From a bacterium (GTDB lineage: Bacteria; Myxococcota; UBA727; JAUIJE01), in NCBI GenBank assembly GCA_030431455.1, contig JAUIJE010000002.1, positions 193,294 through 257,293 on the forward strand: a stretch of 64,000 bases of DNA, given 5' to 3'. Under the pieces are notes generated by a model that made no database searches, was not told the origin of the DNA, and saw nothing but the letters and a program-made list of their open reading frames with translations. Shown piece by piece: positions 36,279-46,309 of the stretch (position 1 is its first letter; each line of letters opens with the position of its first letter). The translations under genes and the position numbers were made by a program.

Positions 36279-38741
36279 TCAGGCCAGCGAGGTGGTCGCT
36301 TTTTGTGACCACTCTTTGCGCGCCAAGCGCAACGTCATCGAGAAGGGTTCGAGGCCGATGGCCTTTTCCGCTTCCATCAGCGCCAACGCCCAGCTGCCCT
36401 GGTGCGCGGCCTGCATCGCCTTGGCCTGGTGCAACGCCGCGCGGTCCACCCGGTCGGGGAACACATGGTGCCAAGCCTCGCGCAGCATCTGCACGTCGGG
36501 GCCCTTCTTCTGCGCGGCCAGGCGCAGCCGCTCCTCGGCGCGCACGTGCCCGCAGCGGAAATCGTAGTGCAACCGCGCGCGCGGGTTGAGGAACAGCCGC
36601 TTGAGCTTGACCCCCACCGCCTGGGCCCGCTTGAGCCGTTCGCGCACCGGCGGGGACGCGCCCACCATCGCGGTGGCGACGAGGTCCTCGAGGTCCTGGA
36701 CCGCCCGCTGCACTTTGTCCGCGGGGGCGAGGGGGTCGTCGATGCCGATGGCCTCGTACATGCGCTGGGCGGCCACCGCCTTGAGGAACAGCCGGAGCCG
36801 CTCGGCCACCGAAAGCTGCGGGGTCTGCTCGACGGTCTCGATGTCGAAGTCGAGCTCTTCTTGGTCCTGGGCCTGGTCTTGCACCACCATCGCGGCCAAC
36901 GCCCGCTGGGCGGTGGGGCTGATGGTCAAAAACTTCACCCCGATGCCGCGTTGGCCGTTGGCCCCGACCCCGAGGCGGGTGACCTCGGCCCGGGCCCCGC
37001 CCCAGCCCCCGACGTCGAGCTCCACGTCGAGCTTGGTCCCCACCGGGTAGCTGTAGGGGGTCTCGATGAACAGCCCTTGGGCGGACACGTCGGTGGCCAC
37101 CGCGTCGACAAACTCGGACGCCCCGTGGCGCCGGAAGTGCAATGTCACTTGAGCCGGCGCGCGCCCCGACTGCCGCATCCGGCTCGGGTCCCCGGTGTTG
37201 GCCGTGCCCGGCCGCAGCGCCTTTTGTCCCGGCCCGTGCAGATAAAGGGGCAAGCGGCCGCCCTCGGTGGCCTCGACCTCGGCGGACAGCTCAAACCCCG
37301 CGGACATCGCCGCGTGCAGCTTGAGCCCCCCGGGGTTCTCGTCGAGCCAGTCGCCGGGCACCTCGAGCACCCCGAGCATTTCCCGGTCGATGCTGGTCAC
37401 GTCCACCGACTCGTACAGCGCGATCTTGAGCGGGGTGCCCGCCGCCGGCCGCATGGGCAACTCAATGACATTGGCGGTGGGCAGCCGCGCGTTCTGGGGC
37501 AGGGCGGTGCCGCCGGACAGCCCGGGGGCCATCACCCCGATGGGCAGGCTGAGCACGTCGACCAGCCGGCTCGCCCCCGCGCCGAGCAACGCCGCGCCCT
37601 GGGCCACCGCGCGCACCGCGTCGACCGACTCGGCGCTTTTCACCGCGGGGAACACCTGCTCCAGCCGGCGCCGGACCGCGGGCATCCGGGTCTGGCCCCC
37701 GACGAGAACCACCCCGTGCAACAGGTCAGGGCTGATGCCGGCCTTTTTGGTGGTCTCCTCGGCCAGGCCGATGGAGCGCTCGATGAGCTTGGCCACCGCG
37801 CCTTCGATCTCTTGGCGGCGCAGCACCTCGTCCATGTCGATGAACCGCTCGCCGTCGGTGAACACCACCGGGACCCGGACCCGAAACTCGCTCTCGGTGG
37901 ACAGCGCGATCTTGGCCTTCTCCGCGGCTTGGCGCACGCGCAGGGCGACCACCGGGTCGTCCATGATGTCGACCTGGTGTTTTTGCCGGATGCGCTCAGC
38001 CAGCAACAACGCAATCTCATTGTCGAAGTCGAGCCCCCCGAGGAACGACTCGCCCCCGGTGGCCATCACCCCCACGGTGTTTTCGTGGATGCGCAGCACG
38101 GTGACGTCGAGGGTGCCGCCCCCCAGGTCATAGACCATGACCATCGCGTCCTCGGGCGCGTTCATCGCGAACGAGAGCGCGGCCGCGGTGGGCTCGTTGA
38201 TCATCGCCTTGACGTTGAGCAAGCGCTCGGCCGCTTTGCGCAACAAGCTGCGCTGGCGGTACGAAAAGTGCGCCGGCACCGAGAGCACACACTCTTCGAA
38301 CGGCACCGGGGAGGCGATGTTGGCCAGCTCCACCACCCGGTCGAGCACCGCGAAGGCCACGTCCTCGAGCGCCCTCACTTTGCCATGCACAAACACTGCG
38401 GCGAGGCCGCTGTCGCCCTCACAAATCTCGTACGAAAACTGCCCCTGGTTGCGCCCCACAAACTCAGACAGGAACCGGCGCCCCAAAAACCGCTTCACCC
38501 CGTACACGGTCTCGGTGGGCGCATCGAGCAGGCGCCCCTTCGCCGACTCGCCGACCAGGATGCTCTCGCCCGGCATGTACGAGACGACGGTCGGCATTTC
38601 GTCCGTGGCCTCCCCCATGCGGACCACGTGCAACTCGCCGCGCTCGTCCAGCCACGCGGCCACGGTGTTGGTCGTACCGAAATCGATACCCAGAACGGGG
38701 GTCAATGGGCCTCCTGCAGAGGGTTCGACACGGTTTACCAC
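36279..38741 (-). CDS. Hsp70-family ATPase fused to a PilZ-like domain and a C-terminal helical region
   Basis: It has the Hsp70 NBD motifs GIDFGTTNT and DLGGGTLD. A PilZ-like segment follows: RMRQSGR ... DVSAQGLFI ... GIGVKF. Confidence 0.85.
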   Translation of the reverse strand: MVNRVEPSAGGPLTPVLGIDFGTTNTVAAWLDERGELHVVRMGEATDEMPTVVSYMPGESILVGESAKGRLLDAPTETVYGVKRFLGRRFLSEFVGRNQGQFSYEICEGDSGLAAVFVHGKVRALEDVAFAVLDRVVELANIASPVPFEECVLSVPAHFSYRQRSLLRKAAERLLNVKAMINEPTAAALSFAMNAPEDAMVMVYDLGGGTLDVTVLRIHENTVGVMATGGESFLGGLDFDNEIALLLAERIRQKHQVDIMDDPVVALRVRQAAEKAKIALSTESEFRVRVPVVFTDGERFIDMDEVLRRQEIEGAVAKLIERSIGLAEETTKKAGISPDLLHGVVLVGGQTRMPAVRRRLEQVFPAVKSAESVDAVRAVAQGAALLGAGASRLVDVLSLPIGVMAPGLSGGTALPQNARLPTANVIELPMRPAAGTPLKIALYESVDVTSIDREMLGVLEVPGDWLDENPGGLKLHAAMSAGFELSAEVEATEGGRLPLYLHGPGQKALRPGTANTGDPSRMRQSGRAPAQVTLHFRRHGASEFVDAVATDVSAQGLFIETPYSYPVGTKLDVELDVGGWGGARAEVTRLGVGANGQRGIGVKFLTISPTAQRALAAMVVQDQAQDQEELDFDIETVEQTPQLSVAERLRLFLKAVAAQRMYEAIGIDDPLAPADKVQRAVQDLEDLVATAMVGASPPVRERLKRAQAVGVKLKRLFLNPRARLHYDFRCGHVRAEERLRLAAQKKGPDVQMLREAWHHVFPDRVDRAALHQAKAMQAAHQGSWALALMEAEKAIGLEPFSMTLRLARKEWSQKATTSLA

Positions 38742-38885
38742 CGGGCCAAGCGCGCTGTCGCCCGTGTGCGCCGTTTTGGGGCGATCGGCCGGTGGCGTTC
38801 GCGGGGCGGTTTTCGGTATGCTTGTTTTCTCGGGAATTGAGGTGTCGGCTCGGGTGATCGACCGATGCGCAAGGCCCGCCGCGCG

Positions 38886-38915
38886 TTGTCACGCCCGTTA
38901 TAACCTCGTTATACT
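38886..38915 (+). promoter_or_regulatory. Sigma70-like promoter for the cytochrome gene
   Basis: The -35 element is TTGTCA, the spacer is 18 nt and the -10 element is TATACT. It lies ~20 bp upstream of the RBS GGAGGGA and the ATG at 38934. Confidence 0.35.
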
Positions 38916-38933
38916 GGGCGGAGGGAGAGACAC

Positions 38934-40499
38934 ATGCTGCGCAAACCACTCCTGGCTCTGGTCGTCGCGTCCTTGGCCGCCGCCGCCTGCGGCGAGCTGA
39001 TCACGGTCCCGCCCCAGAAGTTCCCCGCGGCCCCCGAGGCCGCCACCTGCGATGTGCCCGCGCTGGTCACCGCCACCGTCGACGATTTCACCGAAGCGCC
39101 GTTCACCACCGTCACCACGCTCGACGGCAACAGCCAATGCAGCACCTGCCACGCGGTGGGCACGCCCGACGGCGTCGACGCCGCCTGGGGCCCGGGCGAC
39201 GGCACCTGGCACAACGCCGCCGCCGCGCTGCTCGCCCGCCCCAGCAACGCCGAAGGCGGGGCCGACGACAACTCCCTGCTCTCCCACATCAACCAAGACG
39301 GCAGCTACCACGGTCTGCCCGCGGCCGAGCGGGCGGAGGTCGAGGCGTTCATCGCGAGCTTCTTCGACAACGGGGGCGACGGCTGCGCCGATGCCGTCGT
39401 CGTGCCCGACGGCGACCTTGCCGCGAGCCTGGCGTCGTTCCAAGCCAACGGCCTGCCCGCGTTGTACGGCTGCGCGACCTGCCACCAGGCCCCGCCCAAC
39501 GCCAACACCAACGGCAACTGGGGCAACGGCGGCGACAACTCCGACGAGGGCTGGCACAACATCGCGGTCGTGATCATGTCCCGCGATCTCTCCGCCGGGC
39601 TCGCCCCCGAACAGACAAGCATGTACGAGAAGTTCAACGGCTTCGACGGCCTGCACCCCATCGACGAGGACGGCAAGGCCGCGGTGCTGGCCTGGATCCC
39701 CGACTTCGAAGCCGCCGGCCTCGTCGGCAACACCGGCGGCGATGGGGATGGCGACGGGGACGGAGACGGCGACGGCGACGGCGACCCGGACTTCCCGGGG
39801 TGCGCCACCTACTACCCGGCCACCGACAACCAAATCGACGCCGCCTTCACCGACGACTTGGTCGCGGGCTTTTCCAACAACGCGTGTTTCCCCTGCCACA
39901 TCGACCGCGCCGACGGCGGCTTTCAGTTCGTGCGCAACGACAAAGCCAACATGGTCACGCAGTTCTCGACGGTGATCGAGCCCGCCACCTATCCCGACGA
40001 CACCACCCTCGGCTTTTACATGTTCAGCAAACAGGACCACAGCAACTACGCGCTCCAGGCCGGGCTGGTGTTCGACGAGGCGCGCAAGCTCGCCTTCCGC
40101 ACCTTCATCGACACCGTGAGCCGCGGCGCCTGCGAGCCCGACCCGGGCGGGGGCGGCGGCACCGACTGCAACCTCGACTCGGTGATCGAATGGAACAACC
40201 GCGGGCTCAACGACGCCTTCTCGTGCGCGGGGTGCCACCAAGAGGCCGCCGACACCCCCACCGGACAGGGCAACAACTGGGGCAGCCCGTCGGGCGCCAA
40301 CTGGCACGACGCCGCGGTGGGCAGCCTCTCCACCGACGCCAACTACCCCGCGACCCCGACGTCGACGGAGCTTTACTTCGGGGTGAGCGGCCTTCTGTTG
40401 TTGCCCGCGTCGATCACCCACACCAACGCCACCGCCAACGGCCTCGCCCCCGCGCTGCAAGAGTGGATCGAGTGGCGCGCCACCAACGGCTGTCCGTAG
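38934..40499 (+). CDS. Multihaem c-type cytochrome lipoprotein
   Basis: It has a lipobox (LAAAAC) and four CxxCH motifs (CSTCH, CATCH, CFPCH, CAGCH), plus an internal (GD)n linker. Confidence 0.85.
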   Translation: MLRKPLLALVVASLAAAACGELITVPPQKFPAAPEAATCDVPALVTATVDDFTEAPFTTVTTLDGNSQCSTCHAVGTPDGVDAAWGPGDGTWHNAAAALLARPSNAEGGADDNSLLSHINQDGSYHGLPAAERAEVEAFIASFFDNGGDGCADAVVVPDGDLAASLASFQANGLPALYGCATCHQAPPNANTNGNWGNGGDNSDEGWHNIAVVIMSRDLSAGLAPEQTSMYEKFNGFDGLHPIDEDGKAAVLAWIPDFEAAGLVGNTGGDGDGDGDGDGDGDGDPDFPGCATYYPATDNQIDAAFTDDLVAGFSNNACFPCHIDRADGGFQFVRNDKANMVTQFSTVIEPATYPDDTTLGFYMFSKQDHSNYALQAGLVFDEARKLAFRTFIDTVSRGACEPDPGGGGGTDCNLDSVIEWNNRGLNDAFSCAGCHQEAADTPTGQGNNWGSPSGANWHDAAVGSLSTDANYPATPTSTELYFGVSGLLLLPASITHTNATANGLAPALQEWIEWRATNGCP

Positions 40500-40515
40500 C
40501 CACCGCGCATTGTGA

Positions 40516-41247
40516 CTAGCGCGGCGGGGGCGCGCCCTCCCGCGCCGGCAATGTGACATACCGGCCGAGGGACTCTTCGCCCCGGTAGCCAAAGTGCCGG
40601 TGACCCCACGCGTCGAACCACAAAAGCCGGTCGAGCACCTGCCCGCTCGTCAGCTGCGTGACCCCGTAGTGGTGGCTGAGCGCTTCGCAGCTCGGCGCCA
40701 CCTGCTGCATGGCCCGACAGAACGCCTCCACGCACGGCACAAACTGCGCCGGCGGCGCCATCCCGTTGTCCTCGACCTCGGGCTTTTCGACCCCGCGGGT
40801 CAAAAGCCAGACCGCGCCGTCCTCGAGCAGGGGCACGACCTCTGGAAAGAGCAGCGCGAGCACCTTGCTCACCGCGCTCAGGTGGCAGCGTCCGTCGCCG
40901 AGCGCGTCGAACGCGGCCTGGAGCCGCGCCTTCTCCGCCGGGCTGCGCTGCAACACCGCGGTGGGCGAGCCCGACAACAGCTCGAACAGGACCTCCCAAT
41001 GGGGCCGCATCTCCTCGGACAGCCACGTCTTGAACACCGGGGAAGGGGCCTTGCCATTGACCAGCCAACTGCCGGGCAGACACAGCGGCAGCAGGTTGTA
41101 CGCGGTGATGCCGGACTGGCTGAGGCTATGCACTTTTTCCGCCAGGCGGTCGTAGCAATAGGCGCCGGGCAGCTCGGCGCGGCTCACCAGCTTGCGCAGG
41201 GCTTCGGTCACCACCCAGGTCCGGTCGTCGTCGAGCTGAATCTCCAT
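40516..41247 (-). CDS. Hypothetical protein
   Basis: 243 aa counted from the Met of MEIQLDDD. No family was recognised. Confidence 0.55.
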   Translation of the reverse strand: MEIQLDDDRTWVVTEALRKLVSRAELPGAYCYDRLAEKVHSLSQSGITAYNLLPLCLPGSWLVNGKAPSPVFKTWLSEEMRPHWEVLFELLSGSPTAVLQRSPAEKARLQAAFDALGDGRCHLSAVSKVLALLFPEVVPLLEDGAVWLLTRGVEKPEVEDNGMAPPAQFVPCVEAFCRAMQQVAPSCEALSHHYGVTQLTSGQVLDRLLWFDAWGHRHFGYRGEESLGRYVTLPAREGAPPPR

Positions 41248-41368
41248 GCGCGTCCCCCTCCCGCGGCGTCTGAGCCGGTGGGTGTACCCAAGCGCGCACA
41301 AAAAAGCACCGGCCTCGCGACCGGTGCCGCCGACCAAAAGGCCGGCCATCCCCCCAGATGAGTTGTGA

Positions 41369-42163
41369 TCAACCGTCCATGGGGTTCATCTGCAGCGCGG
41401 TGAACGTGCCCTGCGACGGGTCTTGGATGATCGCGAAGGTGCCGACCGAGATTTTCTGCGGCCCCACGTGCACCGTGCCGCCGAGGTCTTTGGCTTTCTT
41501 CATCGTGGCCTCGATGTCCGCCACCGCGAAGTAGGTCTGCCAGTTGGGGGGCACCCCTTCGAACTGCGGACCGATCAGCGCCATGAAGCCCCCGTTGGGG
41601 TTGTCACCATTTTTGATCGTCAGGTACGTGCCCCCGTCGGGCATGGCCATCTCTTCGTAGGTCCAGCCCCACACCTTGGCATAGAAGTCTTTGTTCTTGG
41701 TGATGTCTCGGGTTTGCAGCTCGTTCCAGCACAGGGTGTTGGGCTCGTTGCACAGGCCCGCGCCCTTGTGGTTCTTCGGTTGCCACGCGCCGAACGCGGT
41801 GCCGGTGGGATCGGCGAACAGCGCCATCCGGCCTTCTTCCATCACGTCCATCGGCGGCATCATCACCGTGCCCCCGGCCGCGGTGACCTTTTGGGCCACC
41901 GCGTCGACGTCGTCGGTGCGCACATAGGACATCCACACCGACGGCATGCCCCCGGCCATCATGTCGGGGTCCATTTGGCCGCAGCCAGCCACCGCCTCGC
42001 CATTATACAGAAACATTGTGTAGTGGGCGCCGCCCCCGATGGGTTTGTCCTGCGCCTCCCAGCCGAACAGACCGGTGTAGAACGCCTTGGCCTTTTGTTG
42101 GTCGCGGGAGTTGAGGTCGACCCACGAGAAAGTACCATTGGGAAAATCGTTGAACTTCGCCAT
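41369..42163 (-). CDS. VOC (glyoxalase/bleomycin-resistance) family protein with tandem domains
   Basis: It shows two VOC-like beta-alpha-beta-beta-beta modules (FSWVDL..., ...FAVADIE). Confidence 0.8.
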   Translation of the reverse strand: MAKFNDFPNGTFSWVDLNSRDQQKAKAFYTGLFGWEAQDKPIGGGAHYTMFLYNGEAVAGCGQMDPDMMAGGMPSVWMSYVRTDDVDAVAQKVTAAGGTVMMPPMDVMEEGRMALFADPTGTAFGAWQPKNHKGAGLCNEPNTLCWNELQTRDITKNKDFYAKVWGWTYEEMAMPDGGTYLTIKNGDNPNGGFMALIGPQFEGVPPNWQTYFAVADIEATMKKAKDLGGTVHVGPQKISVGTFAIIQDPSQGTFTALQMNPMDG

Positions 42164-42270
42164 CTCACAGCTCCGATCGGTGGTTGTCGGGCATCAGGCC
42201 CGGCGCAGTCATCGTCGAGCGCCGGATTTTTGTCCAGCCGCCGAATCGAAACCGCGGGGTATTTTGGTTC

Positions 42271-43071
42271 TCAGCGCTCGATCGGACGTTCGGCGCCGAC
42301 GCGGGCGGCCGGGGCTGGCAGAGATGGCCCGGTCGGGGCGAACGGCGCGAGCAGCTGCGCGAAGTAGGTCTCGGGCCCGGGCGTGGCCACCCCGACCGGA
42401 ATGCACGGTTCGGGGTCGGCGTAGGTGCCGAACAAGCGGTCGAGCCACGGAAACAGCCCAGCGAAGTTCACCGCGGGGCCGTCGATGTGGTGGTGTTGGC
42501 GGTGCCAATGGGGAAAAGCGACCAGCTGGCGCAGACCGGGCACCGTGGTCACGATGTCGGCGTGGACAAAAACTGTGTGCAGCTTCTGCAGCGCGACGAC
42601 GGCAACGACGGGGCCAAAGTCAAACCCGAGCAAAATGGCGGGTACGTTGATCGCCGCGAGGAAAAGCACGGTCTCGGCCGGGTGCTGGCGGTGGGCGGCG
42701 AGGAAGTCGAGCGGCGCGGCCGAGTGGTGCACGCGGTGCATGCGCCACAACCAGGGCACGCGGTGGAGCGCACGGTGGAGCCAGTAGGAGTTGGTTTCTC
42801 CGATGACGAACACCAGCGCGGTCTGTGCCCACAATGGCATTGTGGAGAACCAGGCCGGGCCGGGACCGGGGGCGCAGGCCTCGAGCAGCCCAAAGCCGAG
42901 ACCGGCCGCGGGGGCGATGAGCAGCGGGTTGAGCCAGAAGTGCAGAAGGTCGGTGGCGCGATTTTGCACGCGGGGGGCCCGGCGGTGTTCGAGCCACTCC
43001 AGGGGCGCGAACACGACGACCACGACGGCAAAAAAGAACGCGGTGCGGGCCAGGGTCTCGATCAGGTGCAC
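42271..43071 (-). CDS. Fatty acid hydroxylase / sterol desaturase superfamily membrane protein
   Basis: It has His boxes (HRALH, HRVHH, HWHRQHHH) and several TM segments. Confidence 0.85.
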   Translation of the reverse strand: MHLIETLARTAFFFAVVVVVFAPLEWLEHRRAPRVQNRATDLLHFWLNPLLIAPAAGLGFGLLEACAPGPGPAWFSTMPLWAQTALVFVIGETNSYWLHRALHRVPWLWRMHRVHHSAAPLDFLAAHRQHPAETVLFLAAINVPAILLGFDFGPVVAVVALQKLHTVFVHADIVTTVPGLRQLVAFPHWHRQHHHIDGPAVNFAGLFPWLDRLFGTYADPEPCIPVGVATPGPETYFAQLLAPFAPTGPSLPAPAARVGAERPIER

Positions 43072-43398
43072 CTAGTAGCCGCCGGCGAAGTCCGGCTCGT
43101 AGATCGGTTTGCGCCGCTTTTTCACCCCCGCGTGCCGCGTCGGTTTTCGACCGACGCCGCCGATGCTGAGGCCTTTGGGCCGGGCGGTGGCGCGGCGCAC
43201 CTTCTCGGCCCGGGCCCGCTTCTCGGGGGCGGCGATGGGCTTTGTGCTCCGGGCCGCGAAGCGGGGCGTGGTCTCTTGCAGGACCGGCACCGGCGCGGGT
43301 GCGGTGCGCGTGCTCGCGTAGGCTTCCGCCGCGAACAACGCCCCGGACAGGGCAAAGAAGGCACACGCGGCGAGCAGGGTCTTCATCAGGTGGGTCAT
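43072..43398 (-). CDS. Small secreted basic protein ending ...DFAGGY
   Basis: It has a signal peptide. Its stop is adjacent to the start of the hydroxylase gene. Confidence 0.55.
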   Translation of the reverse strand: MTHLMKTLLAACAFFALSGALFAAEAYASTRTAPAPVPVLQETTPRFAARSTKPIAAPEKRARAEKVRRATARPKGLSIGGVGRKPTRHAGVKKRRKPIYEPDFAGGY

Positions 43399-43408
43399 CG
43401 GTCCTCCG

Positions 43409-43522
43409 TCAGTACCCGCCCGCGTCGTCGACGGCCATCATCGCGACCGCCACCGCGGGGAAGGCGACGACAACGCTGGTCACGGCCACGAAGTAGGCGA
43501 GAACAATCATGGTCTTTCGCAT
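43409..43522 (-). CDS. Small hydrophobic peptide (37 aa) ending ...DDAGGY
   Basis: MRKTMIVLAYFVAVTSVVVAFPAVAVAMMAVDDAGGY contains a single TM helix and shares the C-terminal AGGY with the next gene downstream. Confidence 0.4.
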   Translation of the reverse strand: MRKTMIVLAYFVAVTSVVVAFPAVAVAMMAVDDAGGY

Positions 43523-43724
43523 CGACAGCCCCCCTGGTTGTTGGGTTCCAACGGACGAGCCGCGGAAAAGATTCAAGGACCGGCGTGACCCGCACACGCG
43601 CCGGGTGACGTTCGATGCGGCCTGGCAGCACCACCGAGGGGGGCTCGTCGCCGGCGGGAATGGCTTGCGCGAACCGCGCGACCGGTGGGATGCTTTGCCG
43701 CCGCGTCACGGTTGAGACCATCAG

Positions 43725-44375
43725 GTGTTTTTCGCGTTCCTCTCCCTGCCCCTCGAGAAGAAAGACGAGCCGGCGCCGCGGTCGGACGAAGAGCTGATGG
43801 CCGCGTACCGCGACGGCGAGGTCGCCGCGTTTCGGGAGCTGGTGCGTCGTCACGAAAAGCCGGTGTACCGGTTCTGCCTGCGGTCGTTGGGCCGGCCCGA
43901 GGCCGCCGCCGACGCGGCCCAAGAGGTCTTTTTGCGGGTGGTGAAGTACGCCCCCAAGTGGGAACACAAGGCGAAGTTCACGACGTGGATGTACACCATC
44001 GCGCGCAACTACTGCATCGACGCGTCCCGCAAGGCGGTCCACCGGCGCACCGAGTCGCTCAACGAAAAGCTCGGCCGTGACGACGAAGGCGGCGCCGAAC
44101 GGCTCGACCAGGTCAAAGACGAGGGCCCCGACCAAGGGCGCCTCGTCGACAGCCGCCGCATCCGCGAGGTGGTGGACGCGGCCTTGGCCGAGCTCCCCGA
44201 GGAGCAGCGCGAGGTGTTCTGCCTGCGGCAATACAGCGGGCTGTCGTTCAAGGACATTGCCCTGGCGGTGGACGCGGGGGAGAACACCGTGAAGTCGAGG
44301 ATGCGTTACGCCCTCACCAGCTTGAGAAAAGCCTTGCTGCAAGCGGGGTTGGAGCTGCCGGGGGGGTCGTCGTGA
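43725..44375 (+). CDS. ECF-family RNA polymerase sigma factor
   Basis: It has sigma-70 region 2 (FRELVRRHEKPVYRFCLR) and region 4 (LPEEQREVFCLRQYSGLSFKDIA). Confidence 0.88.
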   Translation: MFFAFLSLPLEKKDEPAPRSDEELMAAYRDGEVAAFRELVRRHEKPVYRFCLRSLGRPEAAADAAQEVFLRVVKYAPKWEHKAKFTTWMYTIARNYCIDASRKAVHRRTESLNEKLGRDDEGGAERLDQVKDEGPDQGRLVDSRRIREVVDAALAELPEEQREVFCLRQYSGLSFKDIALAVDAGENTVKSRMRYALTSLRKALLQAGLELPGGSS

Positions 44376-44469
44376 TTCGAGAGATCGCCCGGGCCCATCG
44401 TCCGTTTAGATCTGGTGAGCACGGTGGTGAAAAGCCGTCTCATCGAGGAGAATTGTCACTACAATTGAC

Positions 44470-46161
44470 GTGTCCGCCATGACCACCGCACGTGAAGACC
44501 TGATGCTCGCGTATGTCTACGACGAGCTGTCCGACGAGGACAAAGCATCGTTCGAGACCCTGCTCGACGAGGACGCGGACCTGCGCGCGGAGGTCGATGG
44601 GCTGCTCGCCACCCGGCAGCTGCTCGACGAGGACATGGCGTTCGGCCAGGAGAGCGGGCTCGACCTGCCCCCCGCGCACCTCGCCGACGCGATCCTGCGG
44701 GCCGAAGCGTTGGCCCGGCCGGCCGCGCTGCGCGAAGCGGTGGTGGAGCATGCCCAGGTGCGCCGTGACGGTCCCTCGTCGTCGACCAAGGGCTGGGCCC
44801 CCAAGCTGATGACCTGGCTGCTCGGCGGCTCGGTCGCGCTCGGCGGCGCGGCCGCGGCGGTGTTTTTCCTCGTCGCCGACGCGGAGCACGCGACCGAGGC
44901 GCCCGCGGTGGCGCGCGCGACCCCGGAGATGGCCGACGGGGCGCCCGCGGGGGCCGACCGGTCCGCGCGCGGGGCGGCCCAGGAAAAGGCGTTCGCGTTC
45001 GACGGCGACGACGACGACCGGGCCAACGCCGAGGCCGAGGCCGACCTCGACCAGGTCGCGGCCGTCGAGGAGTCCGTGGACAAAGCGGGCAGCCGCCGCC
45101 CCGCGGACAAAAAGGACGCCAAAGCCGAGGACCCCGGGGACGGCTACGTGCAAGGGCTCGAACAGAACGCCCACGGCCGCGCCTACCCCACCGCCCCGCC
45201 CCCGCCCGCGGACACGCCAAAGGCTGAGCCCGCGCCCGAGCAGAAAAAAGTTCAGGTCACGGCCGCGCCGGCCAAGAGCGGCAACGTCTACCAGCGCGAC
45301 GACCTCGAGCCCCCCGGGGTGATGGTCGGCGAGGACGCGGCCGAGGGGGGATCGACCGGCCGGATCGCGGACATGGACAACGCCATGGGCGCCGGCGGCG
45401 GCTTCGCCCTCGGGCGCGAGCAGCAGCGCACCGACCGGCGCAAGGACGCGGCCCCCGCGCCCGAGCCCATCGCCGAGCGCAAGACCAAGCCCAAGACCAA
45501 GTCGGCCAAGCGCCGCGCCCGTGCGGTGCCGCCCGCGCAATCCTTCGGCAGCACGGTGAGCAAAGGCGACGTGGTGAAAGGCCCGCAGCGGCTGAGCAAA
45601 AAGGAGCGCGAGTTCCTCCAGGGCGCCGGCAAAAAGAAGGCCCAGGACGCCCGGCTCGACGACGAAGCGGAGCTGCGCAAGCTCGAGATGGAGCGGGACA
45701 GCTTCCAAGCCGAGATCACCCTCGCCGGCGCCAACCGCGCGTTCCGGACCAAGCACTACCGCGACGCGGCGCGCATGTACCGCCAGGCCCGCGAGGAAGA
45801 CCGGGCCGCGGGCCGGCTCGGCCTGCTCGCCCACATCGGTGAGGTCCAAGCGCTGCACAAGCTCGGCCGGCACCAGGAAGCGCTCAAGGTGTTCGGCTTG
45901 GTCCAGCGCGGCGGGGCCAATGAGACCTCGGCCGACGCCTACCTCGCCGCGGCCCAGAGCGCCGAGGCCCTGCAAGACTTTGCCCGCGCCGAGATGCTGT
46001 ACCGGGACGTGGCGGCGGTGAAATCCAAAAACCAGGTCGCCAAGCGGGCCCTGGTGCGGGTGCAGCGCCAACGCAAGGCGCGCGCGGAGACGTCCTACGA
46101 GGCCGAGGCCGCTGCCGACGAAGCGCCGGCCGAGGCGCCCGCGGCCGATTCCAAAGAGTAA
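44470..46161 (+). CDS. Anti-sigma factor-like membrane protein with a C-terminal TPR region
   Basis: It sits immediately downstream of the ECF sigma gene. It has an N-terminal anti-sigma-like helix, a TM segment and TPR motifs near the C-terminus. Confidence 0.7.
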   Translation: MSAMTTAREDLMLAYVYDELSDEDKASFETLLDEDADLRAEVDGLLATRQLLDEDMAFGQESGLDLPPAHLADAILRAEALARPAALREAVVEHAQVRRDGPSSSTKGWAPKLMTWLLGGSVALGGAAAAVFFLVADAEHATEAPAVARATPEMADGAPAGADRSARGAAQEKAFAFDGDDDDRANAEAEADLDQVAAVEESVDKAGSRRPADKKDAKAEDPGDGYVQGLEQNAHGRAYPTAPPPPADTPKAEPAPEQKKVQVTAAPAKSGNVYQRDDLEPPGVMVGEDAAEGGSTGRIADMDNAMGAGGGFALGREQQRTDRRKDAAPAPEPIAERKTKPKTKSAKRRARAVPPAQSFGSTVSKGDVVKGPQRLSKKEREFLQGAGKKKAQDARLDDEAELRKLEMERDSFQAEITLAGANRAFRTKHYRDAARMYRQAREEDRAAGRLGLLAHIGEVQALHKLGRHQEALKVFGLVQRGGANETSADAYLAAAQSAEALQDFARAEMLYRDVAAVKSKNQVAKRALVRVQRQRKARAETSYEAEAAADEAPAEAPAADSKE

Positions 46162-46240
46162 GCTTCCGCACCCGGGCCCACGGCCCCACCACGATCACGC
46201 GGTCTCACGCCCCTTTGCCCGCGATGTGGCCGCCCGCAGA

Positions 46241-46260
46241 ATAAACGAACGCTCATTTAT
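46241..46260. promoter_or_regulatory. Near-palindrome ATAAACGAACGCTCATTTAT, copy 1 of a duplicated operator-like element
   Basis: 16 of 20 positions are self-complementary. The same element occurs as a perfect palindrome at 49679..49698. It is AT-rich in a ~70% GC background. Confidence 0.4.
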
Positions 46261-46309
46261 CTTTCACCCCGCGGGTAGTCAGCTTGGCCCCCGCGCCTAC
46301 AACGGACAC

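Noticed and set aside
44440-46071. 543-aa minus-strand ORF, plus other long antisense ORFs (7178..8461, 8603..10000, 24780..26027, 26495..28243, 29777..31054, 31064..32365, 33361..35121, 36402..38840, 38898..40592, 47359..49557, 49695..51623)
   Set aside because: Each is antisense to a gene with clear domain content. Their Arg/Gly/Pro-rich composition is typical of open frames in high-GC DNA.
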